32,000 nucleotides of DNA from Geobacter metallireducens GS-15 (GTDB lineage: Bacteria; Desulfobacterota; Desulfuromonadia; Geobacterales; Geobacteraceae): assembly GCF_000012925.1 (NCBI RefSeq), contig NC_007517.1:1260001-1292000 (forward strand), given 5' to 3'. The notes under the pieces were generated by a model that was not told the origin of the DNA, did not search any database, and saw only the letters and a program-made list of their open reading frames with translations. Positions 1 to 10,977 of this stretch are shown here, piece by piece (within the stretch, counting starts at the first letter, position 1; the number at the start of each line of letters is the position of its first letter). Position numbers and translations under genes: made by a program.

Positions 1-743
1 GCCGCAACCCTCTGCTCATGGACCCGGCCCGCCTCGAAGGGCCCCGGGCCATCCACACCCAGCGGCGGATGGTGACCGTGGCCGACTACGCCGACCGGCT
101 CACCGACCACCCACTGGTGCTGCGGGCCAGCGGCTGGAGCGCCTGGACCGGCTCGTGGCCCACAGTCCGGGTGGCCACGGTCCTCTGGAACGACCACCCC
201 CTCGATGAGGAGGGGCTCCCCTATCCCGATGACCTGCGGGAGCGGGTTATGGCGTTCCACCAAGAGCACCGGATCTGGGAACCGGTCTGGGAGCCGGAGC
301 CCCCCACCATCCGGACCATCCTCCGCCCCTATCTGGAGGCCTGGCGCATGGCCGGCCAGGAGGTGGTGCTGGAGGACGCAGTTCCCGTGGGGATCAAGAT
401 GTTCATCTCCATCCGGGTGCGGGAGAATTACTTCCAGTCCGAAGTCCGCAACGCCGTTCACCAGGCCCTCGGCACCGGGCCGGGGGGCTTCTTCGAGCCT
501 GGGCGCCACGACTTCGGCGAAGACCTCTACGCCAGCGACCTCTTCCAGACCCTCATGTCCCTGAATGGGGTCGAGAACGTCTGCCTCAACCGCTTTAAGC
601 GGTTCGGGGACCAGTACCCGGACCAGACCGACACGGGACGCATCCCGCTCCAGGGGCTCGAAATTGCCGTATGTGACAACGACCCGAGCCGCCCCGAGCG
701 GGGCTACATCAACCTCACCCTGACCGGAGGGCGCCGAGGATGA
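1..743 (+). CDS. Baseplate J (gp6/gpJ)-like protein, C-terminal part; 5' end outside the window
   Basis: The frame is open from base 3 to the TGA at 741-743, so the listed ORF 18..743 is probably internal to a longer gene. RRMVTVADYADRL resembles the R-x-R-A-V-T-x-x-D-[YF] signature near the C-terminus of baseplate J family proteins. The same signature recurs in the next ORF (LERAVSLDDFAWLA). The stop overlaps the next start (ATGA, 740-743). Confidence 0.55.
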   Translation, partial: RNPLLMDPARLEGPRAIHTQRRMVTVADYADRLTDHPLVLRASGWSAWTGSWPTVRVATVLWNDHPLDEEGLPYPDDLRERVMAFHQEHRIWEPVWEPEPPTIRTILRPYLEAWRMAGQEVVLEDAVPVGIKMFISIRVRENYFQSEVRNAVHQALGTGPGGFFEPGRHDFGEDLYASDLFQTLMSLNGVENVCLNRFKRFGDQYPDQTDTGRIPLQGLEIAVCDNDPSRPERGYINLTLTGGRRG

Positions 744-3700
744 GCACCGCAACCGACCTTACCCGCTGGAACCGCGCCGGACTAAGCCGCTTCAGGTACG
801 TGGACGGCAACGCCGTCACTTTTCTGGAACTGCTGCGGGCTGAGCTGGCCGAGCGCTTCCCCGCCTGGCAGGAGGTGACCCAGCTCCCCCTGGCCGAAAC
901 GGAAAGCGAGCGCCAGGAACGGATGCTGGAGCAATACCACGCTCCGCGGCGGGACTGGGCCTGGGAGATCACCCGGGTCCTGGCCCGCTCCTCCCACGTC
1001 CTGGCCGAGCACCTGGACGCCTACGCCAACGAGGGGTTCCTGGGGACCGCCACCCAGTGGGATACCGTGCGGCGCTTGGTGGAGATGATCGACTACCACC
1101 CGGCCCCCCCGGCCTCGGCCGCCACCCGGTTCGTCATCGAGGCCAAGGAGGCGGGGACCCTTGCGGCGGGGTTCGCCGTGAAGCATACCCCCGCCGATGG
1201 GAGTCCACCGGTGGTCTACGAGACCCTGGAGGAACTGAAGGTCGACCCGCTCCTCAACGCCCTCCGCTCCGCTGAATATAACCGGAACCCGGAACGGCTC
1301 GGCGGCGACACTCTCCTCCTGGAAGGGGAGGTGGAGGATCTCAAGACCGGCGAGCCGCTGGTCCTGGAAGACGAGCAGAGCGGCGTCCTTCGGGCCTACC
1401 TCATCGTCGGCACGCGCACCGTGGCGGGGAACACCGAGGTGCGGGTGACGCCGCGCCTCTCCCACCGGCTCCGCAAAGGGTACACCCTCATCCACGCCAA
1501 GCCGGCCGAGGGGCTTGCCCCGATCGGTCCGGCCGCCAAAGGGGCGGAGCTGGAGCGGGTCCTACGCCTCACCGAGGAGCCTGAGGGGCTCCTTACCGGG
1601 GCGGTGATCTACATCGACGACGGTGCCGAAGAGCTCTACCGCCGGGTCTACTCCGTGACCGGAAAACGGCTTGTCCTCGACACCGACGTGGGCCCCCTGC
1701 GGCTCGATACCGCCCGGGTCGGCTACCCGGTCACCATCACGGTGAGCGCTCAGGAGGAGCGCCCCGTGGACAGCCCCGGCTCCGTAATCTACGCCCTCAG
1801 GGTGGCCGGAGACTGGTCGCGCCTCGCCGACCGGCGGGTTGTCCAGGAGACCGTGGATGCCACGAAGCAGAAGCATCTTCCCTTCTACACGGTGACGGCG
1901 GCCCGCTACCATCCGGCCGACAGCGACCATCTCCGCAAGGGCTACACCATACTGACCGTCTCGTGGCTGAAGAGCGAACATCCCTTCCCCCTGGACAACC
2001 CCCAGACGCTGCTGGTGCCGCCGGTGGGGGTGGGGCCGTGGCGGACCGATACCTTCCTGGAGAAGCAGGATGGCCATCTCACGGCCGCCATCGTCACCGC
2101 CAAGCCCAAGAAGACCACGGTCGGCGACCTGGCCGTGGTGGTCATGGGGCACCAGGCCGCCTGGGCCCGGCTTGCCTCCGTGAGCGTCGACCTGGCGCGG
2201 GAGGAGGCGACCCTTACGGCGGAAGATGGGTGGGACGACCGGGGGGGCGGCGACTTCTTCCTCACGGAGACGAAGGTCTACGCCCACTTCAAGGAGGCGC
2301 TCCGGACCGTGGCCTGGCAGGAGAACCGCCAGCCCGTGACCGGAAACCGCATCCCCCTGGCGTTGGTGCCGTCTGCCCTGGAGAAGGGGCGCGTCCTCAT
2401 GGTGGAGCGGACCGACGACGCCACCGCCGCCTTCTTCACCACGGTGGCCAGGATCGAGGGGACCACCCTGGTTCTCGCCCGGGATCTGCCGGCGGGATTC
2501 ACCCGTGGAAACACCCTCATTGCCGGCAACGTGGCCCTTGCGGGCCATGGCGAGAGCAAGGGGGAGAAGGTCCTGGGGAGCGGCGACGCCACCCGGGCCA
2601 ACCAGTCCTTCGTCTTCGCCGAGGCGGAGGTCTCCTTCGTGGCCGATCCGACCCAGCCCGCCGGGGTGCGGGCCGCCATCGACCTCTCCGTGGCCGGACG
2701 GGTCTGGAAGCAGGTGGGTAGCTTCGCCGACTCGGGGCCCACCGACCACCACTACACGGTGAGGATGACCGAGGCGGGGCAGCTCCTCATCGCCTTCGGC
2801 GACGGGGTGCGGGGACGGCGCCTCCCCAGCGGCGTGAACAACGTGCGCGTCACCTTCCGCTCCGGAACGGGGCTCAGCGGGAACCTCCCGGCCGGAAGTC
2901 CCTTCAAGCCCTCCCGGCCCCACCGCCTGGTGGAGAAGGTGCGCCAACCCCTCCCCGCCACCGGCGGCAATGACCGGGAAGGAGTGGAGTCGCTGCGGGA
3001 GAACGCCCCGGCAACCCTCCTCACCCTGGAGCGGGCCGTCTCCCTGGACGACTTCGCCTGGCTGGCCATGTCCCAGAGCAGCGTCTGGCAGGCCCGGGCC
3101 TTCAGCCGCCCCACGGGGCTCGGCCGCAACGAGAAGGTGGAGGTGGTCGCGGTTCCCGCCGGTGGCGGGGCACTGGGAACCCTCGCCGCGACCCTCACCG
3201 ATTTCCTCACGGCCAATGCCGTGCCCGAGGTGGAGGTGACGGTCCTCCCCTACCAATCCCGCACCTTCGCCCTGGAGGTGCTCCTGACCGTGGATACCGC
3301 CGCCTACAATCCCGATGTAGTGACCGCTGCCGTGAAGAGCGCCCTTCAGGATGCCTTCTCCCTCCGGAAACGGAAGCTGGGGCAGGATCTCTTCCTGAGT
3401 GAGGTCTACCAGGTTGTGGAAGGGGTGACCGGCGTTGAGCACTCGGTGGCAGTCATCAATGGCGACCGGAGCGTGCGGAGGGTGGCTGCCGGCGACCGGG
3501 AGGTTCTCATCCTGGGGCAACTGGTGGTCGCTGTGGAAGGGGAGGCTGCGACAGGCCCCTCGCCGGGAGAGGCTATCGAGGCCAGTCCGCCGGCACCCAA
3601 GCCACGGCTGGTGGGGCGCCGGGGAGTGGGAGTCATCCAGGGGGTGGGGGACCGCTACGGCCAGCTCCTGCGGGGGGCGGGGATCCGGACCCTGAACGAC

Positions 3701-4006
3701 CTGCGGGGTATCGACCCCGCCCACCTCCCGACGGTCGATATCCCGCCAGTCAGATTGTGGGAGTTCAGGACCAAGGCGGAGATTGTAGTGGGGCTCGCTG
3801 CTGACCGCTCCCGGCTCGCGCCGCTCCTGGAACGCACCATCCACGACCTGGCCGAGGGTTCCTCCGCCGACCTGGTCCGGCTTACCGGCGAGTCAGCGGC
3901 GGCGGTGGACGAGCTGAAGGCGAAGCTCCGCCTCCTGCAGATCGCCCTGGACGAAGAGGTCTTTGCCGCAGTGACCCTGCGGGAGCTTCTGAGCGAGCTG
4001 GATTAA
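740..4006 (+). CDS. Large baseplate J-like 'putative baseplate assembly protein' (Afp11-like) with a C-terminal helix-hairpin-helix extension
   Basis: 1088-aa ORF, translationally coupled (ATGA) to the upstream ORF. The N-terminus TDLTRWNRAGLSRFRYVDG and the block GGNDREGVESLRENAPATLLTLERAVSLDDFAWLA match my recollection of the TIGR02243-type baseplate assembly family found in phage-tail-like loci. The last ~150 aa follow a Pro/Ala linker and carry HhH-type motifs (VIQGVGDRYGQLLRGAGIRTLNDL). Confidence 0.65.
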   Translation: MSTATDLTRWNRAGLSRFRYVDGNAVTFLELLRAELAERFPAWQEVTQLPLAETESERQERMLEQYHAPRRDWAWEITRVLARSSHVLAEHLDAYANEGFLGTATQWDTVRRLVEMIDYHPAPPASAATRFVIEAKEAGTLAAGFAVKHTPADGSPPVVYETLEELKVDPLLNALRSAEYNRNPERLGGDTLLLEGEVEDLKTGEPLVLEDEQSGVLRAYLIVGTRTVAGNTEVRVTPRLSHRLRKGYTLIHAKPAEGLAPIGPAAKGAELERVLRLTEEPEGLLTGAVIYIDDGAEELYRRVYSVTGKRLVLDTDVGPLRLDTARVGYPVTITVSAQEERPVDSPGSVIYALRVAGDWSRLADRRVVQETVDATKQKHLPFYTVTAARYHPADSDHLRKGYTILTVSWLKSEHPFPLDNPQTLLVPPVGVGPWRTDTFLEKQDGHLTAAIVTAKPKKTTVGDLAVVVMGHQAAWARLASVSVDLAREEATLTAEDGWDDRGGGDFFLTETKVYAHFKEALRTVAWQENRQPVTGNRIPLALVPSALEKGRVLMVERTDDATAAFFTTVARIEGTTLVLARDLPAGFTRGNTLIAGNVALAGHGESKGEKVLGSGDATRANQSFVFAEAEVSFVADPTQPAGVRAAIDLSVAGRVWKQVGSFADSGPTDHHYTVRMTEAGQLLIAFGDGVRGRRLPSGVNNVRVTFRSGTGLSGNLPAGSPFKPSRPHRLVEKVRQPLPATGGNDREGVESLRENAPATLLTLERAVSLDDFAWLAMSQSSVWQARAFSRPTGLGRNEKVEVVAVPAGGGALGTLAATLTDFLTANAVPEVEVTVLPYQSRTFALEVLLTVDTAAYNPDVVTAAVKSALQDAFSLRKRKLGQDLFLSEVYQVVEGVTGVEHSVAVINGDRSVRRVAAGDREVLILGQLVVAVEGEAATGPSPGEAIEASPPAPKPRLVGRRGVGVIQGVGDRYGQLLRGAGIRTLNDLRGIDPAHLPTVDIPPVRLWEFRTKAEIVVGLAADRSRLAPLLERTIHDLAEGSSADLVRLTGESAAAVDELKAKLRLLQIALDEEVFAAVTLRELLSELD

Positions 4007-4018
4007 ACGGAGACGATC

Positions 4019-6765
<2,747 letters not shown>

Positions 6766-6787
6766 TTTGTTGACTGAGAACACGGTT

Positions 6788-6800
6788 GCTCCGTGTTATT
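6788..6800. repeat. Right terminal/subterminal inverted repeat of the IS
   Basis: GCTCCGTGTTATT is the exact reverse complement of 5541-5553. It overlaps a local hairpin: AACACGG (6779-6785), loop TTGCT, CCGTGTT (6791-6797). Confidence 0.75.
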
Positions 6801-6830
6801 CCAATCGACTTTCATATCCAGGGGTAGCCC

Positions 6831-9800
6831 ATGAAAACTCAGATCTCACGCGACAGTTTCCAGCCGGACAAACGCTATACCGGCGTCCACCAGCAGCAGG
6901 GGCGGGTGATCACCGACGCCGACTGGAACGAGCTGGTGGCCGTCTGCCGGGAGCAGCTCCTCCAGGCCCTCGCTGATGTGGTAGGGAACGGCTCGCCCCG
7001 AACCGGCGCCGTCGCCATCACGGCCGACAGGAAGATCCTGCCCGGCGACCTCTACGTGGACGGCATCCGGGCGGAACTGCCGGGGAGCGCGCCGCTTCTG
7101 GCCAGTGCCCAGCCCGACCTGCCGGGCTACCCGGCGCTCCCTGCCACGGGGCCCTACATCGTCTATGCCGACGTCTGGGACCGGGTCGTCACCTCCCTGG
7201 AGGACGGCGCGCTGCGGGATCCGGGGCTCCACGGGGCCGACACCTGCACCCGCACCCAGACCATGCTCCAGGTGAAGACCTGCCCCGAGGCGGCGAACCC
7301 CGAGACGGGAATCCCGAAACGCGGGAACGCCACCCTCTCCCTTGCCCTCCACGCGAACCTGGAGGCGGGGGACCCCTGCGACCCCTGCGCCGGCCTCATC
7401 GCCGCCGGCACGGGGCGGGTCGGGAGCTACCTCTTCCGGCTGGAGGTCCACGCCGTTGAGGGGACGGCCGCAAACCCCACCCGCCTCATCCTCAAGTGGT
7501 CCAGCGAGAACGGGGCCGAGCAGTACGAGGCCCTTTCCGTGGAGAAGATGCCTCCGGGCTTCGTGGCCTCCAACTACGTCTATGAGTTCCATAACCTCAC
7601 CACCGAGAAGCACCTGGGGGTATTCCTGGGGACGGGGTTCACGCCCACCCATGGCGCCATCACGACTGCCTACGAGATTCCCATGGCTCCTCCCAAGGAG
7701 TTGGTCCGACGTTGGGACGGCTTCTGCGAACTGACCCGGGCGGGCGGTGTCTGGTCCTTGGCGGCCGGTGTCGACAAGGGGGTGACCCTCACCACGAGCG
7801 GTTTACCCACGGCCCCGGGCCACGTGACCCTCGGTTCCAGCGTCCAGATAAACCTGGAGGCGCTGCAGCTCACCCTCGACCTCACGGGCAAGACCTTCGT
7901 GGCGGGCGATTTCTGGCTCGGCACGGTCCGGGAGGCGGTCCTCGATCCGGGCGATGCGGTGCTGACCGGCGCCGAGCCCCGGGGGATCGTCCACCACTAC
8001 CTGCGGCTGGCTCGGGTTCAGGCCGACGGGACGGTGGTTCCCTTCGAGAACGACGCCGACAAGCGGCGCCACGCCTTTCCGCCACTCACCGACCTCCATG
8101 CCAACGATGTTGGGTACGTGACCACTTGCTCCAGCGGCCTCTTCGACGCCAGCCACGACAACGTGGAAAAGGCCCTGAACCGCCTCTGCCAGCTGGCCGC
8201 CGAGCATATCGCCTACACCGCCGACTGCACCAAGGGGCTCTACGCCGGTTTTGTCGGTACCGTGAAAGAGGCCCTCGACAAGATCTGCGAGATCCAGGCC
8301 TCTCACGTGGGGTTCGCAAAACCCTGCGATACAAGCGTCTACAAGGGGAGCACCATCGCCACGGTGGAGGATGCCTTGAAACTCCTTTGCAATGTTACTG
8401 CAGGGCAGATCGGCTTTGCCAAGCCGTGCGACACGAGCATCTACCAGGGACAGACCGTTGCCACCGTGGAGGACGCCCTGAAGCTCCTCTGCAACGTCAC
8501 CGCGGGGCAGATCGCCTACACGCCGGGGGGCTCCTGCACCTATCTCAACCAGCCGGGGATCGACACGGTGCAGGAGGCCCTCGACGCTCTCTGCGCCCGC
8601 CCCGCCGGTGGCGGCGGGGGGTGCCGGATCACTGTCGGGAAGGATGGGGGGCTCTTCGCCACCCTGGAGGAGGCCCTCAAGACCCTTATCGACAAGGGAG
8701 TGCGCGATATCTGTCTCTGTCTCCTGGCTGGGGATCACGAGTTTCCCGGCCAGCTCGTCGAACCGAAGGTCGACGGCGTTACCATCTGCCTGTCGGGGTG
8801 CGGCCATGGCACGCGGCTCCATCTCTTGAACGGGCCAATCCGCTTCAGAGCTTTCTCGGCGGTCTGCCTCTCGGACATGCTGGTCATCACCCGCGACGCC
8901 CCGACCGGGGCGCTGGTCTTTGACCGTTGCGGTGATGTCTCCCTGAAGGGGGTGGAGGTCCACGGGGTCGTCACCGACGGCTTCCTCGTGGGGTTCAATA
9001 ACGTCCGCTCCGCGGCCATGCACGGCCTCATGCTGGAGGCATCCAATCCCGCCAGCCTCGCCAGGCCCTCCAAGCTGTTTGACATCAACCCGACGCTCTT
9101 TGACCTCTACCAAGTGCCCGACCTGACCTTCTTCAACAGTAAGGTGCTCCCTGTGGCCCAGGTAGTGGCCGCCCTTTCGGCTGCGGAGCGCCGGAAGCTG
9201 GCGACGGCCATCGGCCAACGGGTGCAGGAACTGGGCTCGGCCCTTTCGGCCCGGGAACGTCAGAGTTACGAGGAATTGGTTGTCCTTCTGAACCAGACCA
9301 CCGTGAGCCCGGTCCAGTTGGCCGGGGTGCTCGGGAATATCCGCGTGGAGGCGATCCGGGAGCATCCCGCCGTTGCCCTGGTGGTGGACGATGCCGCCGC
9401 CGACATGACCCTCGGGGAGTGCGATATCCTCGGTATCGTCACCCTCTACGGCACCCATCCGGCAGATCCTCTCCCCGCGGGCATGGTAAAGGGGCTCGAT
9501 GCGCTGGTGAAACAGGGGAAGGCAACGTTCGGCGGGGCCGGTACCACCTTCCGGGCCACGGGGTGCCGCATGACCCGGATCGATGTCAGCACCGCCATCC
9601 AACAGCGGATCCAGGAGATCGTCGCCGGCGGTGACGGGACGATCCCGTCTCTCTTCTCCTCCGCCCTGTTGGGCGACCTGACGCTGCTGCACGAGGGGAA
9701 CCAGATGGCGTTCCTGAACACCAGCCTCTCCTCGACGGTCTTCGAGATAGAGGGGAGCCACGCCGCCGTGGTCATGGGGAGTTCCGCCATCTATGTCGGC

Positions 9801-9893
9801 AACCGGAGCGAGGGGGAGGCGGTCATCATGAACGTCACGCCCAAGGGGCGCTCCCAGCAGGCTGCCAACCTGGGGATAACCATCGCGGGGTAG
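6831..9893 (+). CDS. eCIS-associated large protein: DUF6519-like N-terminus, five Cys-pair repeats, beta-helix-like region (candidate fibre/receptor-binding protein)
   Basis: 1020-aa ORF. The N-terminus ISRDSFQPDKRYTGVHQQQGRVITDADWNE matches a conserved opening motif I recall as DUF6519 in eCIS loci. It has five 33-36-aa repeats (8097-8612), then a poly-Gly stretch. After that comes a segment with short alternating hydrophobic strands and Cys/Gly turns (ICLCLLAGDHEF..VTICLSGCGHGTRLHL..) typical of right-handed beta-helices. It occupies the position where Afp13-like fibres occur. Confidence 0.6.
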   Translation: MKTQISRDSFQPDKRYTGVHQQQGRVITDADWNELVAVCREQLLQALADVVGNGSPRTGAVAITADRKILPGDLYVDGIRAELPGSAPLLASAQPDLPGYPALPATGPYIVYADVWDRVVTSLEDGALRDPGLHGADTCTRTQTMLQVKTCPEAANPETGIPKRGNATLSLALHANLEAGDPCDPCAGLIAAGTGRVGSYLFRLEVHAVEGTAANPTRLILKWSSENGAEQYEALSVEKMPPGFVASNYVYEFHNLTTEKHLGVFLGTGFTPTHGAITTAYEIPMAPPKELVRRWDGFCELTRAGGVWSLAAGVDKGVTLTTSGLPTAPGHVTLGSSVQINLEALQLTLDLTGKTFVAGDFWLGTVREAVLDPGDAVLTGAEPRGIVHHYLRLARVQADGTVVPFENDADKRRHAFPPLTDLHANDVGYVTTCSSGLFDASHDNVEKALNRLCQLAAEHIAYTADCTKGLYAGFVGTVKEALDKICEIQASHVGFAKPCDTSVYKGSTIATVEDALKLLCNVTAGQIGFAKPCDTSIYQGQTVATVEDALKLLCNVTAGQIAYTPGGSCTYLNQPGIDTVQEALDALCARPAGGGGGCRITVGKDGGLFATLEEALKTLIDKGVRDICLCLLAGDHEFPGQLVEPKVDGVTICLSGCGHGTRLHLLNGPIRFRAFSAVCLSDMLVITRDAPTGALVFDRCGDVSLKGVEVHGVVTDGFLVGFNNVRSAAMHGLMLEASNPASLARPSKLFDINPTLFDLYQVPDLTFFNSKVLPVAQVVAALSAAERRKLATAIGQRVQELGSALSARERQSYEELVVLLNQTTVSPVQLAGVLGNIRVEAIREHPAVALVVDDAAADMTLGECDILGIVTLYGTHPADPLPAGMVKGLDALVKQGKATFGGAGTTFRATGCRMTRIDVSTAIQQRIQEIVAGGDGTIPSLFSSALLGDLTLLHEGNQMAFLNTSLSSTVFEIEGSHAAVVMGSSAIYVGNRSEGEAVIMNVTPKGRSQQAANLGITIAG
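8097..8612 (+). repeat. Five tandem in-frame 33-36-aa repeats, each with two Cys and a V-x-[EK]-A-L-x-x-[LI]-C core
   Basis: The units start at HANDVGYVTTC, HIAYTADC, HVGFAKPC, IGFAKPC and IAYTPGGSC. Units 3 and 4 (8307-8408 and 8409-8510) are 29/34 identical in protein but differ at about half of their third codon positions. Confidence 0.8.
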
Positions 9894-9947
9894 GAGGTGA
9901 GGGGCTGAAGGTGCACCGAACGGAGCTGTGATAACTCTTGCCATCGG

Positions 9948-10922
9948 ATGGAGATCCCAATGGGAATGATCCGTATTCATACAACCGCCACGAGCCCTCT
10001 TGTTGGCCGGAACAATGCCGCGCTTTCCGGAATCCATTTGACTCCGGATGCGGCAGTTCGCCGGATCGTTCGTGCCGGGGCAATCCAGGCCGGTGACTAT
10101 GATCAACTCAATGACGGGAAGGAAGCGGGTTCTCCCTCCACCGTCGAAACCTGTCGCGAAAATTCGGCAGGCATTCGCCAGTGCCTCCGGACGCCGGAGA
10201 AGCGACTGCAACGCACCCCCGGCAGACCCTCACGTCTTGTCCCCGACCTGGAGGAAGCCACGGTAAACGACCTGGAATCGTACATGCCGATGGCCCGTTC
10301 CGACCAGTTGCGACAGCAGATGGTGGATGCAATAGTCTCCGACCGACAGCGCAAAGGGACCGATTTCAGCATAATGGTGCGCGGCCGACCGGTCTATGAC
10401 AGTGATCTCTGGCAGCGGGCAATGCAGCAGCTTCCAGCAGAACAGCGGAGTGAGCCCCGAAACGGCATAACCGTGCATCCCCGAACACAGCTCAACCCCG
10501 ACCCGCTGCCGCTGGTGCTCATCGGCCCGACTGCCTTCGGCCCCCTCATCGACCCATCCAATCGAGACCTTGTCAGAGAGCTGGTGGTCCGTCTCTACAC
10601 CGCAATCACCCACGAATACCGGCACGCGACCCAGTGGCAGCGCCCCGCCGAAGCAACGGCCATGGGGAGGGTTCGCCTTGAGGTGGATGCCTTTTTCGCG
10701 GATATCGAAAACAGCCGTGCGACGGGGCTGGCAGGCCAGCGGGAGCCGTTTCGCCACACCTGGGACGAGGCGGTCGGCTGGTGGCGGCAGCTCCGCGCCC
10801 CCGCCCTGTGGGGCGCCCTTTCCGATGATGAGCGGCGGGCCTATGCCGAGCGATGCCGGCGGGTGTTCGCCGTTGTCCAGTCGGTCCTGGGGCGCGGCGT
10901 GAGTTCTCCCTGCGGTCCCTGA
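9948..10922 (+). CDS. Hypothetical protein with an HExxHxxQ motif (possible divergent DUF4157-like / zincin-like protein); start uncertain
   Basis: 324-aa ORF with no family I recognise. HEYRH lies at 10611-10625, followed by ATQWQ, and a Glu sits 19 residues after the second His (RLEVD). Alternative starts are ATG 9960 (GGAGAT upstream), 10284 and 10290. Codon usage is less GC3-biased than in the structural genes. Confidence 0.45.
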   Translation: MEIPMGMIRIHTTATSPLVGRNNAALSGIHLTPDAAVRRIVRAGAIQAGDYDQLNDGKEAGSPSTVETCRENSAGIRQCLRTPEKRLQRTPGRPSRLVPDLEEATVNDLESYMPMARSDQLRQQMVDAIVSDRQRKGTDFSIMVRGRPVYDSDLWQRAMQQLPAEQRSEPRNGITVHPRTQLNPDPLPLVLIGPTAFGPLIDPSNRDLVRELVVRLYTAITHEYRHATQWQRPAEATAMGRVRLEVDAFFADIENSRATGLAGQREPFRHTWDEAVGWWRQLRAPALWGALSDDERRAYAERCRRVFAVVQSVLGRGVSSPCGP

Positions 10923-10977
10923 ACAGAAATGGCGATGGCGCAGGCTACCTCAGTATGTGGAGAATAGGGAGGCGAAC

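Noticed and set aside
1562-3844. A 760-aa ORF on the minus strand, antisense to the 1088-aa baseplate gene.
   Set aside because: Its composition is typical of antisense frames in high-GC DNA (very rich in G, P, R, H, with no recognisable motifs). It lies entirely inside a plus-strand gene that has family-specific motifs and operon coupling.
8097-8612. A diversity-generating retroelement (TR/VR pair) as an explanation for the near-identical repeats.
   Set aside because: Differences between the repeat units are mostly synonymous and involve T/C as often as A. They are not adenine-specific non-synonymous changes. No reverse transcriptase or accessory gene is in the window.
7803-10211. An 802-aa minus-strand ORF antisense to the 1020-aa fibre-like gene.
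   Set aside because: It is a shadow ORF. The plus-strand frame carries the conserved N-terminal motif and an in-frame repeat structure, and the minus-strand translation is low complexity.
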